Shown: positions 37,938-52,254, numbered from the stretch's first letter. The stretch is DNA of 64,000 nt from Octopus sinensis (GCF_006345805.1 NC_043013.1:25854001-25918000), one strand, 5' to 3'. The notes: generated by a model from the sequence alone, not told the origin. Program-made: numbers and translations.

Positions 37938-38172
37938 CATTTGCAGCGTGGAAGATATTTGTAAGCCATTCACAGCACCAAGTTTTGTCAATGAGCAGGT
38001 CGCAGTTTCAAAGCGACAAAAATATTTTGACACAAATGAAATTTAAATGTTGAAGTGAAACTAAAGGTATTTGTATGCTTTTGAATGGCTTACAAATACC
38101 TTCCACGCTGCAATCGTTTTCGTTTCAGCACACGATCTCAGATCAAGTCACTTGCCATGCAAGTACATCTCC
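37937..38172. mobile_element. Partial copy of the 6960 foldback MITE
   Basis: Shares TGCAGCGTGGAAG..AAGCCATT arms and the CACGATCTCAG..AAGTCAC extension. Confidence 0.75.
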
Positions 38173-38176
38173 ATAA

Positions 38177-38322
<146 letters not shown>

Positions 38323-38691
38323 TCCTTGTATTCCTTCCCGGTGCCTGTGTGTGTGGATTGTATTCTATAATTCAAAATTCCCAGTCTTGTGGAAAATTGT
38401 CTCAGAGTGGTTCGGTCTGAGAATTCTGATGAAAGACAACACGTGTCTATAGAAAACGAAACAATTTCACAAGTAGGAATTCATATAATTCTACAATGAA
38501 TTCTCATTATTGCCACTGAAAGAAAACCAAATATCTGAACGAAAAATAAAAGGGGTGGTGGTCTTTGTTGGATTGCTGTTGATCATAGATCTCTGCACCA
38601 GCGGGGGTGACTTTGAGTTAAACAGCAATAAAAAAGCAACGCTCCACTGTTTTTGTCTCCGTCTTTATTCTACAGAGAGAGAGAGAGAGAG

Positions 38692-38743
<52 letters not shown>

Positions 38744-39267
38744 CAGAGAGAGAGGGGGGGAAGACAGACAGACAACAGGTGATGGTAAATATCATTGCAT
38801 AGGAATGAAATGTCAGAACAACTAAAAGAGATGAACGTTTTTGCGATAACGGTAACTGCAGCAGTTTATTGTATATGTATGGAAACGCAGCGCCAGCAGC
38901 AGTAGCGGCGACAACAGCAGTAGCGGCAGCAGCAGTGGCAGCACTGGTGATGATAGCAACAGCAACAGTTCGACTTGTTGAGCATCACTGGCTGCCAGAA
39001 ATGGTAGAGGGTGAGCTAAAAGCAACCTCTAACAATATTAATATTTCTTGTTAGAAATAAGATAATTATTGTATCGCCTGACATAATATTTAATTGACAG
39101 GATTTCGTGGACGTCAACCAACAGAAATGTTATAAATTTCTGTTTAGACGAAAAAGAACGAGAGTTTCGTTGAAGTGAACCTACAGAAATCTCGCAAATT
39201 TCATTTCACGCTAAACTGTGTATCATGCAAGAGGGACCTCAAAGAAATATTTTCACTTAAAGAGCTA

Positions 39268-39527
39268 TAAGGCGGTGAGCTGGCAGAATCGTTGGCACGC
39301 CGGGCGAAATGCTTTGCGGTATTTCGTCAGCCGTTACGTTCTGAGTTCAAATTTCGCCGAGGTCGACTTTGCCTTTCATCCTTTCGGGGTCGATAAATTA
39401 AGTACCAGTTACGCACTGGAGTCGACTTAATCCGTTTGTCTGTTCTTGTTTGTCATCTCTGTGTTTAGCCCCTTGTGGGTAGTAAAGAAATAGGTATTTC
39501 GTCTGCCGCTACGTTCTGAGTTCAAAA
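39268..39527 (+). mobile_element. Nin/Deu-domain-like SINE plus start of a second headless unit
   Basis: Junction AAGAAATA|GGTATTTCGTCTG at 39492/39493. Confidence 0.9.
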
Positions 39528-39595
39528 CAATGTACATGATAACACTTCCAATCAGTTAAATTCATGAGAGCCACTGCCTGGTACGGTATCAGGGC

Positions 39596-39661
<66 letters not shown>

Positions 39662-39899
39662 GCATAATTAAAGCATGGAATACCATGCACGCCAGTAATT
39701 GTTTAAAATTTAATAAAATATAGTTAATCCAACAAAAAGATCTTTTCACTATTTTAAAACTTCTCTAGGCGAAAGTGTAAAAACGATGGGATCAATCTTA
39801 TGACAAAATATATATAACAAAAAATAATAGTATATAAAAATATCAATCGAGCATCCAAGACTTAACTCTATATTTATTTGGTAGACTGTTTGAAAAATG

Positions 39900-40060
39900 T
39901 GAAGGTGCATGACATAGTGGTTTTTGTGTTGCACTCAGGATCGCTAGATCGTGTGTTCGATCCACGGACCAAGCAGAGCCTTGTATTCTTGAGCAAAACA
40001 CTTCATTTCACGTTGTTCCAGTTTACTGAGCTCTAAATGGCTAACCCTGCGACAGAGGAC
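39900..40060 (+). mobile_element. CORE-like tRNA SINE, diverged
   Basis: GTGAAGGTGCATGACATAGTGG head; CTTGAGCAAAACACTTCATTTCACG core. Confidence 0.75.
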
Positions 40061-40563
40061 GACCCAATTTTTGCAAATCATATTTCTGATATCTTATGGA
40101 TGGGGAATACAACAACTAAAGCATAAAGTTTGTGGAAACGTACGTAGCAATGCATTAAAGGTTTTGGGAATTTCCATCCAAAAGTTCTTGTTATACACAT
40201 ACTTTTAAGTTAATCTCTAAATATTTCCTATATAATTCCGAGCCAGCACCGCAAGTTACCACGTTTCATAAGCGAATACGTCTACGCGAAGAATGCGATT
40301 TAAGATAGAAAATACAGGTAATGTGCATATATGCATATTTCAAGAGCTATTACTCTTTCATCAGTACTACATTGTTTAACCCAACACCCGCTAAGTTTAG
40401 CAGTGTAACACTATAGGATAGACCATTATTCATTTTAAACTCATAGTTTTCCACCTTGAATGTTTCCCTTCAATATCAATATTATTTATAAAGTGAGATC
40501 TATTGAATTTATCTCTCTTTCTTCTGTAATAATTGCTTCTAGCTTTTCGGTTTTTATCTAAGT

Positions 40564-41100
40564 CAGTGATTCCCAACGTTGGAGCACATGCCCCACTGGT
40601 GGAAAATTTGTAGTGGGACATGTGATCCAAAATTTGTTTTTTCTTTTTTCTTAAGTGGGACATGGAATTGTGAAAAGCATTTTTCACTGCAAACATACTA
40701 CACTTAAACTCTGCCTAGCCAAACCAATCCCTCCAGCCAAGCATACCATGTGAAGACTGTTTGCTACAGTATAGTGCTGTTCTAATTCTACAGCTGAAAT
40801 TGTCTCTTCAAATCAAGGAAATTTTCCCGAGTCGCCAGGCATTAAGTTCTCATTAAAGAGATTCCCTCTTTTTTTTCTTAGTCAATTATGTATTTACTTT
40901 TGGTACTCAGTACTTAAGGGTTACTGGTAGATTCTTTTGCATCAAATAACTGTGATAGAATATTAAGAATAAAATAAAATAACTGTGATAGAATATCAAA
41001 AATAAAATCCTTTTTTCCAGCTACCAGTGGGGCATGCATTTTTATGGAAAGCTATTGTGTGGGCCTGGGAGGGGGGAGGGTAATAGGTTGGGAAACACTG
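40564..41100. mobile_element. Non-autonomous hAT (Charlie-like) element
   Basis: TIRs CAGTGATTCCCAAC / GTTGGGAAACACTG with a perfect 8-bp TSD ATCTAAGT (40556-40563, 41101-41108). Confidence 0.93.
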
Positions 41101-41310
41101 ATCTAAGTAAAGGCAAATTTTGATTTGTTTTCTTGGGGGCTTCTTCGTTCTTGTACGCTACTACCGGTCTAGACAACACAAACACATATAATATACTCGT
41201 ACGTACATGCATACATACATACTTTCATACTTACATACACACACACACACATACATACATACTTACACGCACATATATATATATACACACACACATATAC
41301 ATTCATACAT

Positions 41311-41715
41311 AGGCGCGGGAGTGACTGTGTGGTAAAAAGCTTCCTTCCCAACCACATGGTTCCGGGTTCAGTCCCACTGCGTGGCAACTTGGATGAGTGT
41401 CTTCTACAATAGCCTCGAGCCGACCAAAGCCTTGTGAGTAGATTTGGTAGACGGAAACTGAAAGAAGCCCGCCGTATACATACATACACACCACACACAC
41501 ACACACACACACATACACATGTATTTGTACGTCTCTGTTTGTCCCCCCACCATTGCTTGACACCCAATGCTGGTGTGTCTATGCCCATCCCCTGTAACTC
41601 TGTAACTTAGCGGTTTCGGCAAAAGAGACAAATAGGCTTACGAAGAATAAGTCCTGGAGTTGAAAGGCGGTGCTCCAACAAGGCCGCAGTCAAATGGCTG
41701 AAACAAATAAAAGAA
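41311..41715 (+). mobile_element. CORE-like tRNA SINE with internal CA microsatellite, full length
   Basis: AGGCGCGGGAGTGACTGTGTGGTAA..GGGTTCAGTCCC..GACGGAAACTGAAAGAAGCCC..GGCCGCAGTCAAATGGCTGAAAC. Confidence 0.9.
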
Positions 41716-42353
41716 TACGTACATACAGACACACACACGCGCACGCCCACGCACATACATACATACATACATACATACATACATACATACATACATACAT
41801 ACATACACAGATACATACATACATACATACATACATACATACATACATGCATACATACATATTAACTAGCTGTAACTTCAAAGTTACAATCCATTATATC
41901 TTTCTTTAATAAAATTGTACTCTACAAGAGTATAGCTTAATGTGAAATTCTTTTTATTATAACTAAATATAAAAACAATCATATATGTGTGTGAGAGGGT
42001 GTGTGTGTGTATCTGTGCCTGTGTACATGTGTATATATATGCGTTTACATGCATGTTTGTACGTGAACAATGCGATTATATGACTGTGTATGTCCATTAT
42101 TTACATTATTTACATTTGACGGATATTTGGGCTTATAAGGAAGGATAGGAAAATATTAGATAATTAGCCCTAAAATTCACTCCATATGGCGTAGTAGTTA
42201 AGAGCACGGGCTACTAACCCCAAGATTCCGAGTTCGATTCCAGGCAGTGACCTGTATAAGAATAATAATAATAGTAACATCGAAAAATACCTCAGGAATG
42301 AGAACCCAGGTTCGAAATTTCTCCAAGATACCTGATGAAAACTAGAGGGTAAT

Positions 42354-42396
42354 ACAACGTTTCGGCTTATATACCCTTCAGCCTTCATCAGGTGTC
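42354..42396 (-). ncRNA. Type I hammerhead motif with intact core
   Basis: GACAC-CTGATGA-AGGCTGAAGGGTATATAAGCC-GAAAC-GTT-GT; stem II GGCT/AGCC; palindromic AACGTT stem III. Confidence 0.7.
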
Positions 42397-42620
42397 TTGG
42401 GGAAATTTCAAACCTGGGTTCTCATTCCTAAGGTATTTTTCGTTGTTATTATTATTATTATTATTATTTAGGTCTCTTCTTGAAATCGAAATCTTGGGAT
42501 TAGTAGCCAGCGCTCTTAACTACTACGCCATATGTCCGTGGGCAATTATGGAGTGAATTTTAGGGCTTATAAGGAAGGATAGGAAAATATTAGATTTATA
42601 AGCCCTAAAATTCACTCCAT

Positions 42621-42685
42621 TGGCGTAGTAGTTAAGAGCACGGGCTACTAACCCCAGATTCCGAGTTCGATTCCAGGCAGTGACC
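42621..42685 (+). promoter_or_regulatory. tRNA-like internal Pol III promoter
   Basis: Box A TGGCGTAGTAG, box B GAGTTCGATTCC, 7-nt loop CTACTAA; stems too degenerate for a functional tRNA. Confidence 0.7.
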
Positions 42686-43419
42686 TGTATAATAATAATA
42701 ATAATATTAGTAACATCGAAAAATACCTTAGGAATGAGAACCCAGGTTCGAAATTTCTCCAAGACACCTGAGGAAGGCTGGAGGGTATATCAGCCGAAAC
42801 TTTGCGTTAACAACAAACAAGATGAGGACAAATATCCATCAAATGTAAATAATGTAAATAATTCCTCATCGCTTAAATATAGAACTGTATGTATATGTCA
42901 TCTCTGAAGTGAAAAATGAAAAAGAAGAAAAAAGCAAACAAAACCTGGGTTCTCATTTCCGCCAACAAAACAAACAAAAATCGCAAAAAAATAAATCAAG
43001 TATTAAGACAAAAATATTTGAATTTCAATGAATGCTCCTGAAATATTAGAATTTATATTTTCCAATTATATCTCTTTGATGAATCTCTGCTTTGCTTTCA
43101 AAACAATCCAGTGGAAGCAGCCTCGCATTGAATTGAATGAAATATCGTTTGGCAATCACATTATCTTTGATTGAATTCAACTGCTGTAGACTTCCCAAAA
43201 TAGATCCAACCGACTGAAAAAAAAAAAGAAAAAAAAAAATAGAAAACAGGCGTTTACGGCGGCAGGTGAATGTGTTAGGATAGGAAGAAAAATTCTTATG
43301 GCGAACAGAAAAATAAAGAAGAAGAAAAAAAAAAAGAGGAAAACATGGCCTTTTTCAGCGTGTGCCTTTTGTTTTTGATGAAAGCAAACATGACTGTAAG
43401 ATTTCTTGTGTTTATACAT

Positions 43420-43630
43420 ACATACATAATACATACATACATGCATGCATACATACATACATACATACATACATACATACATACATACATACATACATAC
43501 ATGCATGCATGCATGCATGCATGCATACATACATACATACATACATACATACATACATACATACATACATACATACATGCATGCATACATACATACATAC
43601 ATACATACATACATACATACATACATACAT
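43420..43630. repeat. (ATAC)n/(ATGC)n microsatellite
   Basis: Directly visible. Confidence 0.97.
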
Positions 43631-43680
43631 GCCTCAGCCTTTTCTCTATTGGCAAGATATCTTGGAATAAAACTGAATAA

Positions 43681-43838
43681 TCTTTTCTACACTAGGCACA
43701 AGGCCCGAAATTTTGGGGGAGGAGACCAGTCGATTAGATCAACCCCAGTACGCAACTGGTATTTAATTATCGACCCCGAAAGGATGAAAGGCAAAGTCGA
43801 CCTCGGTGGAATTTGAACTCAGAACGTAGCGGCAGACA
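43681..43838 (-). mobile_element. Nin/Deu-domain-like SINE, headless
   Basis: Family body on the minus strand. Confidence 0.88.
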
Positions 43839-44257
43839 AACCTAATATTTTAAGAAACCTCTTCACCAGTCTATACTTCTCTAAGGCACACACGCACATA
43901 CAACTTCTACCATTTCTTGAATTGGCAGAAATGTTCGAGCGTCGAACAAAATACCATCCAACTGATTATGTCTTCAGTCCAAATTTCTCCCAACTCATTA
44001 CGTTATGAGTTCAAATTTCGCCAGAGTCAACTGTAAAAGAAAGTGCTTGTCATGTATTGGGGTTGATGATATTAACTAACCTCCTGCTATACAAAGTACG
44101 AAATAGCTGGCAGTCGTCGTACGGTGCTCGACCGAACAAGAGAAAAGAAAAGAATCAATCATTAAATGAGGTCGTTTCGAAAATATCCTCTCTCGGAAGA
44201 TTAAATTCATTTAGCCTCTACGTGTGTGTCTGAATGTGTCTATGTATGTGTATATAT

Positions 44258-44670
44258 AAGGCGGCGAGCTGGCAGACACGTTAGCGCGCCGGGCGAAATG
44301 CTTAGCGGTATTTCGTCTGTCGTTACGTTCTGAGTTCAAATTCCGCCGAGGTCGACTTTGCCTTTCATCCTTTCGGGGTCGATTAAATAAGTACCAGTTA
44401 CGCACCGGGGGCGATGTAATCGACTTAATCCGTTTGTCTGCCCTTGTTTGTCCTCTCTGTGTTTAGCCCCTTGTGGGTAGTAAAGAAATAGGTATTTCGT
44501 CTGTTGTTACGTTCTGAGTTCAAATTCCACCGAGGTCGATTTTGCCTTTCATCCTTTCGGGGTCGATATATAAAGTACCAGTTTCGCACTGGGGTCGATA
44601 TAATTGATTTAATCCGTTTGTCTGTCCTTGTTTGTCCCCTCTATGTTTAGCCCCTTGTGGGCAATAAATA
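44258..44670 (+). mobile_element. Young Nin/Deu-domain-like SINE dimer
   Basis: Full unit plus a headless second unit joined at 44490/44491 (period 184 bp). Confidence 0.92.
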
Positions 44671-45436
44671 AATATATATATATGTGTGTGTGTGTGTGTG
44701 TATGTGAGTGTGTATGTATGTCTGTATGTTTATCTGTCTGTCTGTCTGTATGTATGTATGTATGTATGCAGGCATGTAATTTTTCTTTGAGTTTAATATA
44801 AGTTTTTCTTGATAGGGTCCAAGCCGGTTGCTAACAAAGCAACAAGACTTTTTAAGTTAAAAGAGTTCCCGCTGTTTGTGTATATGTGGTTGAGTTGGCG
44901 TGTTGGTTGAATTGTCGATGCATACACACAAATGTGTGCATCTACTCATATAAGAATCTCGCATAGAGAATTTCTGGAATGTCTTACAAATCTTCACTGT
45001 GCCACTAATAGATTGAATTTGAAGGATCCGCTTCAGTTTCTTTTGCTCTTTTTCCGTGAAACCAAGTTTTTTTAGGTCTTAGGTTTTTGTGCAAATTTGT
45101 ACGTAGGTACGAATATATGTAAGTATATATGTACGTGTGTATGTGTATGCACACACATATATGTATACCCTAATTTTATCTACCGATCACTACAGAACAC
45201 TGAAGAGATGGAAATAACATGTGGGGTATTATGACCTTTTGGCAGAAACGGATGTAAGAAACTGTGCTTTTTATTTTTCTAGTCTATGAATTACTAGTAC
45301 TTATGTATGTAATACACAGTCTTTACATATGTATATATATTCTCATAATTCTTTAAAAGAAATAAATAGACATAATATAATGTTTAACAGTTGATGTATA
45401 CTATTTGTGTATTACCTCCATTTTCTTCTTACCGTG

Positions 45437-45483
<47 letters not shown>

Positions 45484-45494
45484 ATTTTAATCCA

Positions 45495-45770
45495 AACGGG
45501 AAACAAAAAAACAACAACAATGGAACAATTACAGTATTATTATTAATAGGCGCTCAGGAAATGGAAGCAGGGAGGTATGACGTTTCGAGCGGAGCTCTTC
45601 GTCGGAAACATAAAGAAGGAAGAGAGAGGAAAGAAAGATCCCAGAGCGGGCAACAGGGATAGAGAAAAAAAACGACTGGTGTTTACGAGTTACACATGGT
45701 GAAAGGCGGATGTTTACGATAACAAGAGCAAAGTAGGATTTTAAAGGCAAAAGAGTGGAGACAAGGTTGG
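45495..45770 (-). mobile_element. PLE-like terminal repeat with HHR motif (45575-45609)
   Basis: GTTT-CCGACGA-AGAGCTCCGCTC-GAAAC-GTC-ATAC. Confidence 0.65.
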
Positions 45771-46319
45771 TAACGCAACAGATGTGTGTGTATGTGTGAG
45801 TGTGTGCGTGTGCGTGTGTGTATGTGTGTGTGTGAGGCGAGATAAAAAAACAAAAAATATATGTATGTGTTAGTGTGTGCGTCTGTGTGTAGGCGTGTGA
45901 GGTAGGGCGAGACAGTGGTCAGCATAGCAGACAAAGGTCAGTAGTAAGAAAAAGAAGGAAGGAGGAAGGGAGGGAGGGGAAGGGGTGGGGGCGTATGTAG
46001 CGTGCCAGCGTGTGTTGAGTAGTAGTGTGTGTGTGTGTCCAGTGTCGTGGTAGTATTAATGGCGAGTAGATTGAATGTGTGTAAGAGTAATGTATATATT
46101 TAAGCAATGTGTGTATATGTGTGCGCGCGTGTGTAACGAAAAAGGGGGGGGGGTTAAGGAAAAAGGACTCCAGCTGAGGGGAAGATGGAAGAGTGGTCCC
46201 GCGGAGACGGGCGTGGGAAAACCCAACGACAAGCGACGGTCCCAGGAACGGGCGGGAGGTCTCGTCGGGTCCAAGAGCGAGGTGCATGCGGCGCGTATGC
46301 GTGCGCGAACCGGCGCAAG

Positions 46320-47193
<874 letters not shown>

Positions 47194-47602
47194 AATAAAA
47201 TGAGACAACAAACCCAAGGCTGTGTGGAATTTTCAGGACATTTATAAAGAGAAAGTTAGTCTTACAGCTGTTTTGGGGATATTAGGGATATCTCTTCATC
47301 AGAGACGATATGAATATATATTATCAAGGGAATATCATATTATCAGAGACGATATGTCTATTATAACATCTTTATGCATTTTTATTTCTACATTCATTCT
47401 CCTATATACTCCTTATTTGCTTCCTTTTCCAAAATAACTCCTTATATTGAACTCTACTATTTCCCTCTATTTAACCATCTCACATCGCTTTTGATGAAGG
47501 GATATCCCTAATATCCCGGAAACAGCTGTATGACTAACTTTCTCCTTATAAATGTCCTGAAAATTCCACACAGCTTTGGCTTTATTGTCTCATTTTATTT
47601 AA
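47194..47602. mobile_element. Inverted pair of PLE-like terminal repeats, each with an HHR motif
   Basis: 47194-47312(-) and 47480-47602(+); HHRs at 47259-47306(-) and 47487-47534(+). Confidence 0.75.
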
Positions 47603-47734
47603 CATATACATGCTGATACAAGACCTGCATTATACTCTTCAGTCGTATCATTATCGAACCAGGAGTTTAACTATGGTCTTTCCATAGCACTTACATAGCA
47701 TTACCTGCCACTTTGGGTCTTCTGGAAACCAATA

Positions 47735-47810
<76 letters not shown>

Positions 47811-47824
47811 GTGTGTCTGTGTGT

Positions 47825-47869
<45 letters not shown>

Positions 47870-47957
47870 TGTGTATGTGCATGTATATAGTTTTTAAAAT
47901 ATGCATATGCATATGTTTGATGTATATCCGCGATTCAGAGAAATCCTCTTTATATAA

Positions 47958-48238
47958 TCTACATACACAAATGTGTAATGGTGTCTGCCTATCTGTGTGT
48001 TTGGGGTTACTCTAACTCCGCCCTGAAATAAGGCCGGATTTTTGTGAGCTCAATCGGGCGTTTGAATGGAAATTTCCATAACGATGTTATTTTCCCTGTA
48101 GTTTTTGCATTTTTTTACGTGTAAAATTTCAACAAAATTGATAGAATAGTCTCTAAGGAAATGTTTATTCAATACAAGGTCAGATGTGGACTTAACTTCC
48201 ACACGGAAAACACGGCTAACGCCGAGTCTAACAGCCAG
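47958..48238 (+). mobile_element. Degenerate non-autonomous Helitron
   Basis: A|TCTACATACACAAA..GTCTGCCTATCTG start; CGGCTAACGCCG hairpin followed by CCAG|T (CTAG variant). Confidence 0.5.
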
Positions 48239-48301
48239 TAGTAATATATTTTTAAACTAATAAATCCACAAAGAATCAGGCACATTATAGCCATAGCTTT
48301 G

Positions 48302-48332
<31 letters not shown>

Positions 48333-48746
48333 TTCCAGTTTTATGAGTTATCAAAAGTAATTCTTCGCACGGAATTATTTGGGTTCTTTTCTTTGTTTTT
48401 CCCCTCCTTTTCCTGATATATTTGCTAGTCTCTCTTTGGTAATTCAACTTTTCATGCAATTAACCGAATTCGGTTTTTGTTTTTGCTTTCTTTTTTTGGT
48501 AGGGACAGGTGGGGAATTGATTCTTTACCTGATTTCACTGTACTGTCAGTTGCAAGCTATTTAGGCTATATTATCTAGAATGGGTTACATAACAATACAA
48601 CACTAAAACGTACTTTTCCTTTACTTACTGTGCGTTTTGCTTTGAAATAACGGGAAATAATAATATGTATTTGTTTAATATATACTGGAATATTATCAAC
48701 GATTGACTTCTTTGCTTCTTGAATGTTTCTTACCACTATCATTAAT

Positions 48747-48900
48747 TAAGGTCACGAGCTGGCAGAACCTTTAGCACGCCGATGTTGTCTTTACTTTTCA
48801 TCTCTCAAAATCGATAAAATAAGTACCTCTTGAGCACTGATGTCGATGTAATCGATTATACCCCTTCCCTAAAATTGGTGACCTTGTGATAAAATTTGAA

Positions 48901-48903
<3 letters not shown>
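48747..48903 (+). mobile_element. Nin/Deu-domain-like SINE, internally deleted
   Basis: GAGCTGGCAGAAC head, AAATTTGAAATCAT tail. Confidence 0.75.
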
Positions 48904-48984
<81 letters not shown>

Positions 48985-49329
48985 TACTTATGACAATTCG
49001 TCCTAACAACAAACTTAAAATATTTCCGAAGTTTTTTATGGTAGTATATATGGCTTTCATTTCTTCATGAATCCATTTCTCTCTATTTTCTGCACAAAAT
49101 TCAACAAATCATGCGTTAATAAAAAATGAAGCGATAAATTCGTAGTTTACACAAGAATGAAATTTTAAATGTCACAGTGGCATCCATTTAATAAGTTCCA
49201 TGATCTTTGTCCGTCTATGAGTTCTCGCTGTTTCTAATTCACATAATATTTCAGTGATACAAACTTGTCAAAAGCTTCATAATTATTTTCTTCCAAGAAT
49301 AGTTTTACTCCCAACAGAGCGAGTATAAT

Positions 49330-50130
49330 GTTTATTGTCGAGAGAGATGTCCTCACACCTTCTCACTCGTTTCATTGTTGCCTGTACTTTCTCCTGAAAC
49401 TGCATCAGTATTCTCGAATGAAACAACCGGTTGTTCTTCTCTTGGGATGTTGTAATACTTCAGATAACAGATTGGATTAGATATTCTTCAAACTGTTCTT
49501 CCGTCATCGTGCCAGGAAGAAGAGTTCATCACAGTTTCCTCTTCTTCAGCAACGGACACATTGACAGCTGTAAAACCAGTCTTATCGAAACAATTGACGA
49601 CCGCGGAAATCTTAAAACGTACCTACGATTTTCAGATTAGATGAGTAATATTCAGTAATGTTGTGTTTTTCTTTTGGGGTGAGGAGAAGGGGAAGGAGTT
49701 TCAAGTTTATTTGCTTTTATTTCTTGAAGCTAGATAGCCATTAATGTCAAAAGTCAGCTTTCTGGCCGACTCGCCTCTCTTCGGTAATTTCAGACCTTTT
49801 AAAATGATCACGAGGTTGAATTGCTGATGTGTTTGTTGGAAGAAATATAATTTTCACTTGTTTAAGATTCTGGCACTGTTGAATGGGTGATCCAATTGCC
49901 AAGAAGCAACACTTGTTTTTTTTTCTTCTTAGTTTGGGTCATCTTTCACCCTTCAGTGGTTCCTTCTGTGCTGATTTATAGGTTACCGAGAAGGTACCAT
50001 CCAGATTCTTTTCCCAAACACTAATAATTATTATCTTTTTCTCTCTTTCGTACATAACTGTTATTCTTTTTCTCTTATACTTCGAGCACTTTCACCAGCA
50101 TCGTTTTCATTTAAGACTGTCTTTATATTA
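49330..50130 (-). mobile_element. Decayed pogo/Tigger-type transposase
   Basis: Frame-broken motifs in the expected order: KRITVMY, SVTYKSAQK, NLKQVKIIFLPTNTSAIQPRD, VVNCFDKTGF. Confidence 0.7.
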
Positions 50131-50309
50131 CATTACAGGATTATTTGTTTGTTATTTGTTCAATTCACGGTGTATCGTATGTCAAGATTTACCGAGGTCA
50201 AAATAATAAAACTCATTATTAGAGTCTAGCATATCTTAGAATTGGTAAGATAAGCCATTGTAATCATGGAATGCCATAAACACTCTTCCCGTGTGGATTA
50301 TATATTCTA

Positions 50310-50633
50310 AAACTTCCGAATGACCATGAATGACCATGGGATTGCACCCAGGAAGCTCTCCTCCGAGGTGCAAGTCCGGGCAAGGTTGTTTAGGGAAGAC
50401 CAGCAGTCGCCCATATGTACCAACCTCCTACCGATGTTATCCAAGGGAAAGGCAAAGGCTGATACAGCTTGGCACCAGTGACATCGCAACTCATTTCTAC
50501 AGCTGAGTGAACTGGAGCAACGTGAAATAAAGTGTCTTGCTCAAGAAGTCAGCACACAGCCCGGTCCGGGAATAGAACCCATTGTCACGTGATTGTGAGC
50601 CTGACGCTCTAGCCATTGAGCCATACACCTTCA
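50310..50633 (-). mobile_element. CORE-like tRNA SINE, full length
   Basis: Head GTGAAGGTGTATGGCTCAATGG, core CTTGAGCAAGACACTTTATTTCACGTTGCTCCAG, tail (CATGGTCATT)2CGGAAG. Confidence 0.85.
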
Positions 50634-51110
50634 CTACATGGCAATATCATATAATTTACTAATGTTTTACTTAGCTAATGATTTATTTGTATATATCGGC
50701 ATTTCAATCGTTTCACTTAACATTTTTGATATTTTTGTTTTGAAAATTTATTAACTACTCATTCTAAAACTGATTCATGTCATTTTCTTCATTATTTCAT
50801 AAAAACTTCGCGCACTTTATTTGCTTGATAACCTTCAATTACTCTACTTTAATCCGTCACACATATTAACAAAAAATAATAATAAATACCACGTTATGAT
50901 TAGTCAAAAGATAACAACTAGTGCTATACAGGTTAAGAAATATTTAATTGCGCCGATCACAAACAAATCGAGTCAATATCTAGTGCTTTTCATTCAAAAC
51001 AATCTATTTTAAAAATGTTATCGATAATGATTATTATTATTATTATATTATTATTATTATATTATTATTATTATATTATTATTATATTATTATATTATTA
51101 TTATTATTAT

Positions 51111-51392
51111 TCAGTAGTAGTTTTATTTTTATAGCGTGCTTTCACTTCACTACCGAGCGCAGCTTGTGTGCCTTGGGTATGTGCTGTGATTTGTTGTGAT
51201 GCTCTGATGGTTATTGTATGGAAAGTGTTTGCGTAGGATGTGTGCAGTGCCTAGTAGTGCAATTTTCTGTATGTTATATGTGTTTGTAAGTCCTGGTGTT
51301 TTTGTTATGTATTTGTCTGAATATTTTTTTATCATGCCTAATGCACCTACTATGATGATAGGAATTGTTTCTGTTTTCAGGTCCACATTCTA
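51111..51392 (-). mobile_element. 5'-truncated R4/Dong-like LINE in (TAA)n
   Basis: DLKTETIPIIIVGALGMIKK..IQKIALLGTAHILRK; ~95% like 62086-62535 by eye. Confidence 0.88.
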
Positions 51393-51408
51393 GTTATTAT
51401 TATTATTA

Positions 51409-51471
<63 letters not shown>

Positions 51472-52073
51472 CATTATTATATTATATTATTATTATTATT
51501 ATATTATTATTATTATTATTAAAGAATTTTATTACGCAATTAAAAATAAGTTAAAAATACACCGGATTTGAACTTCAGTGGTCTTTAAATCCTTGAAATG
51601 GTAAGAGTAGTTGGAGCACCTGTGATTCTTGTTGTGTCAATTGTCTGTAAACACGAAGAACTGATTCCTGTCTTTGAAACACATCATGAAAGCGGAAACG
51701 TCCAGAATCTCTTTCATCATATCAAATTAATGTTTTATTTCCATGGAACATTTCGTCTAATTTTTACGCAAAATCGATTTTAAAATATTGTACAATTAAA
51801 CGGAATCATCTACAAATATGTATGCATGTGTATGTATGTATGTATGTATGTATGTATGTATGTATGTATGTATGTATGTATGTATGTATGTGTTTGTGTG
51901 TGCGTTCGTGTGTGTACGTATATATAAATATATATATCTTTCAAATTTATGGGAAACGTTTTGAATATGCCAATGAAGATCTTATTCCATTATGGCCGGC
52001 CACAGTCTAATGATGCTGACTAGTGAACCAGTTTTATGGGGTTGCATCGAGCTGTACCGATATAATGTAGGAG

Positions 52074-52240
52074 AAATATAGTAAGAATAGCAATAATCCT
52101 TAGATGCAATTAATAAACGTTTAATGCATCGCTACACGCGTTTCCACAAATGAGAATTGTGGAAACGCGCGTAGCGATTCAGTAAATGTTTATAAATTCC
52201 ACCCATGGACTATTGTTATTATTATTATTGGAAACATATT
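52074..52240. repeat. Foldback inverted repeat with a 35-bp near-perfect core hairpin
   Basis: 52115-52149 pairs with 52157-52191 (4 differences); looser pairing extends outward. Confidence 0.8.
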
Positions 52241-52254
52241 TCTTTAAAAAATCG

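Larger units (their letters stand above)
42098..42890. mobile_element. Rearranged cluster of a tRNA-like + HHR element (three copies: +, -, +)
   Basis: Copies 42166-42352(+), 42354-42572(-) and 42597-42885(+), each with TGGCGTAGTAGTTAAGAG box A and a downstream HHR core. Confidence 0.85.

Noticed and set aside
38869-39054. Poly-Ala/Ser coding exon
   Set aside because: Explained by a degenerate (AGC)n repeat.
42187-42252. Functional tRNA-Ser(ACT)
   Set aside because: Acceptor and anticodon stems are poorly paired and the sequence is embedded in a repeated mobile unit.
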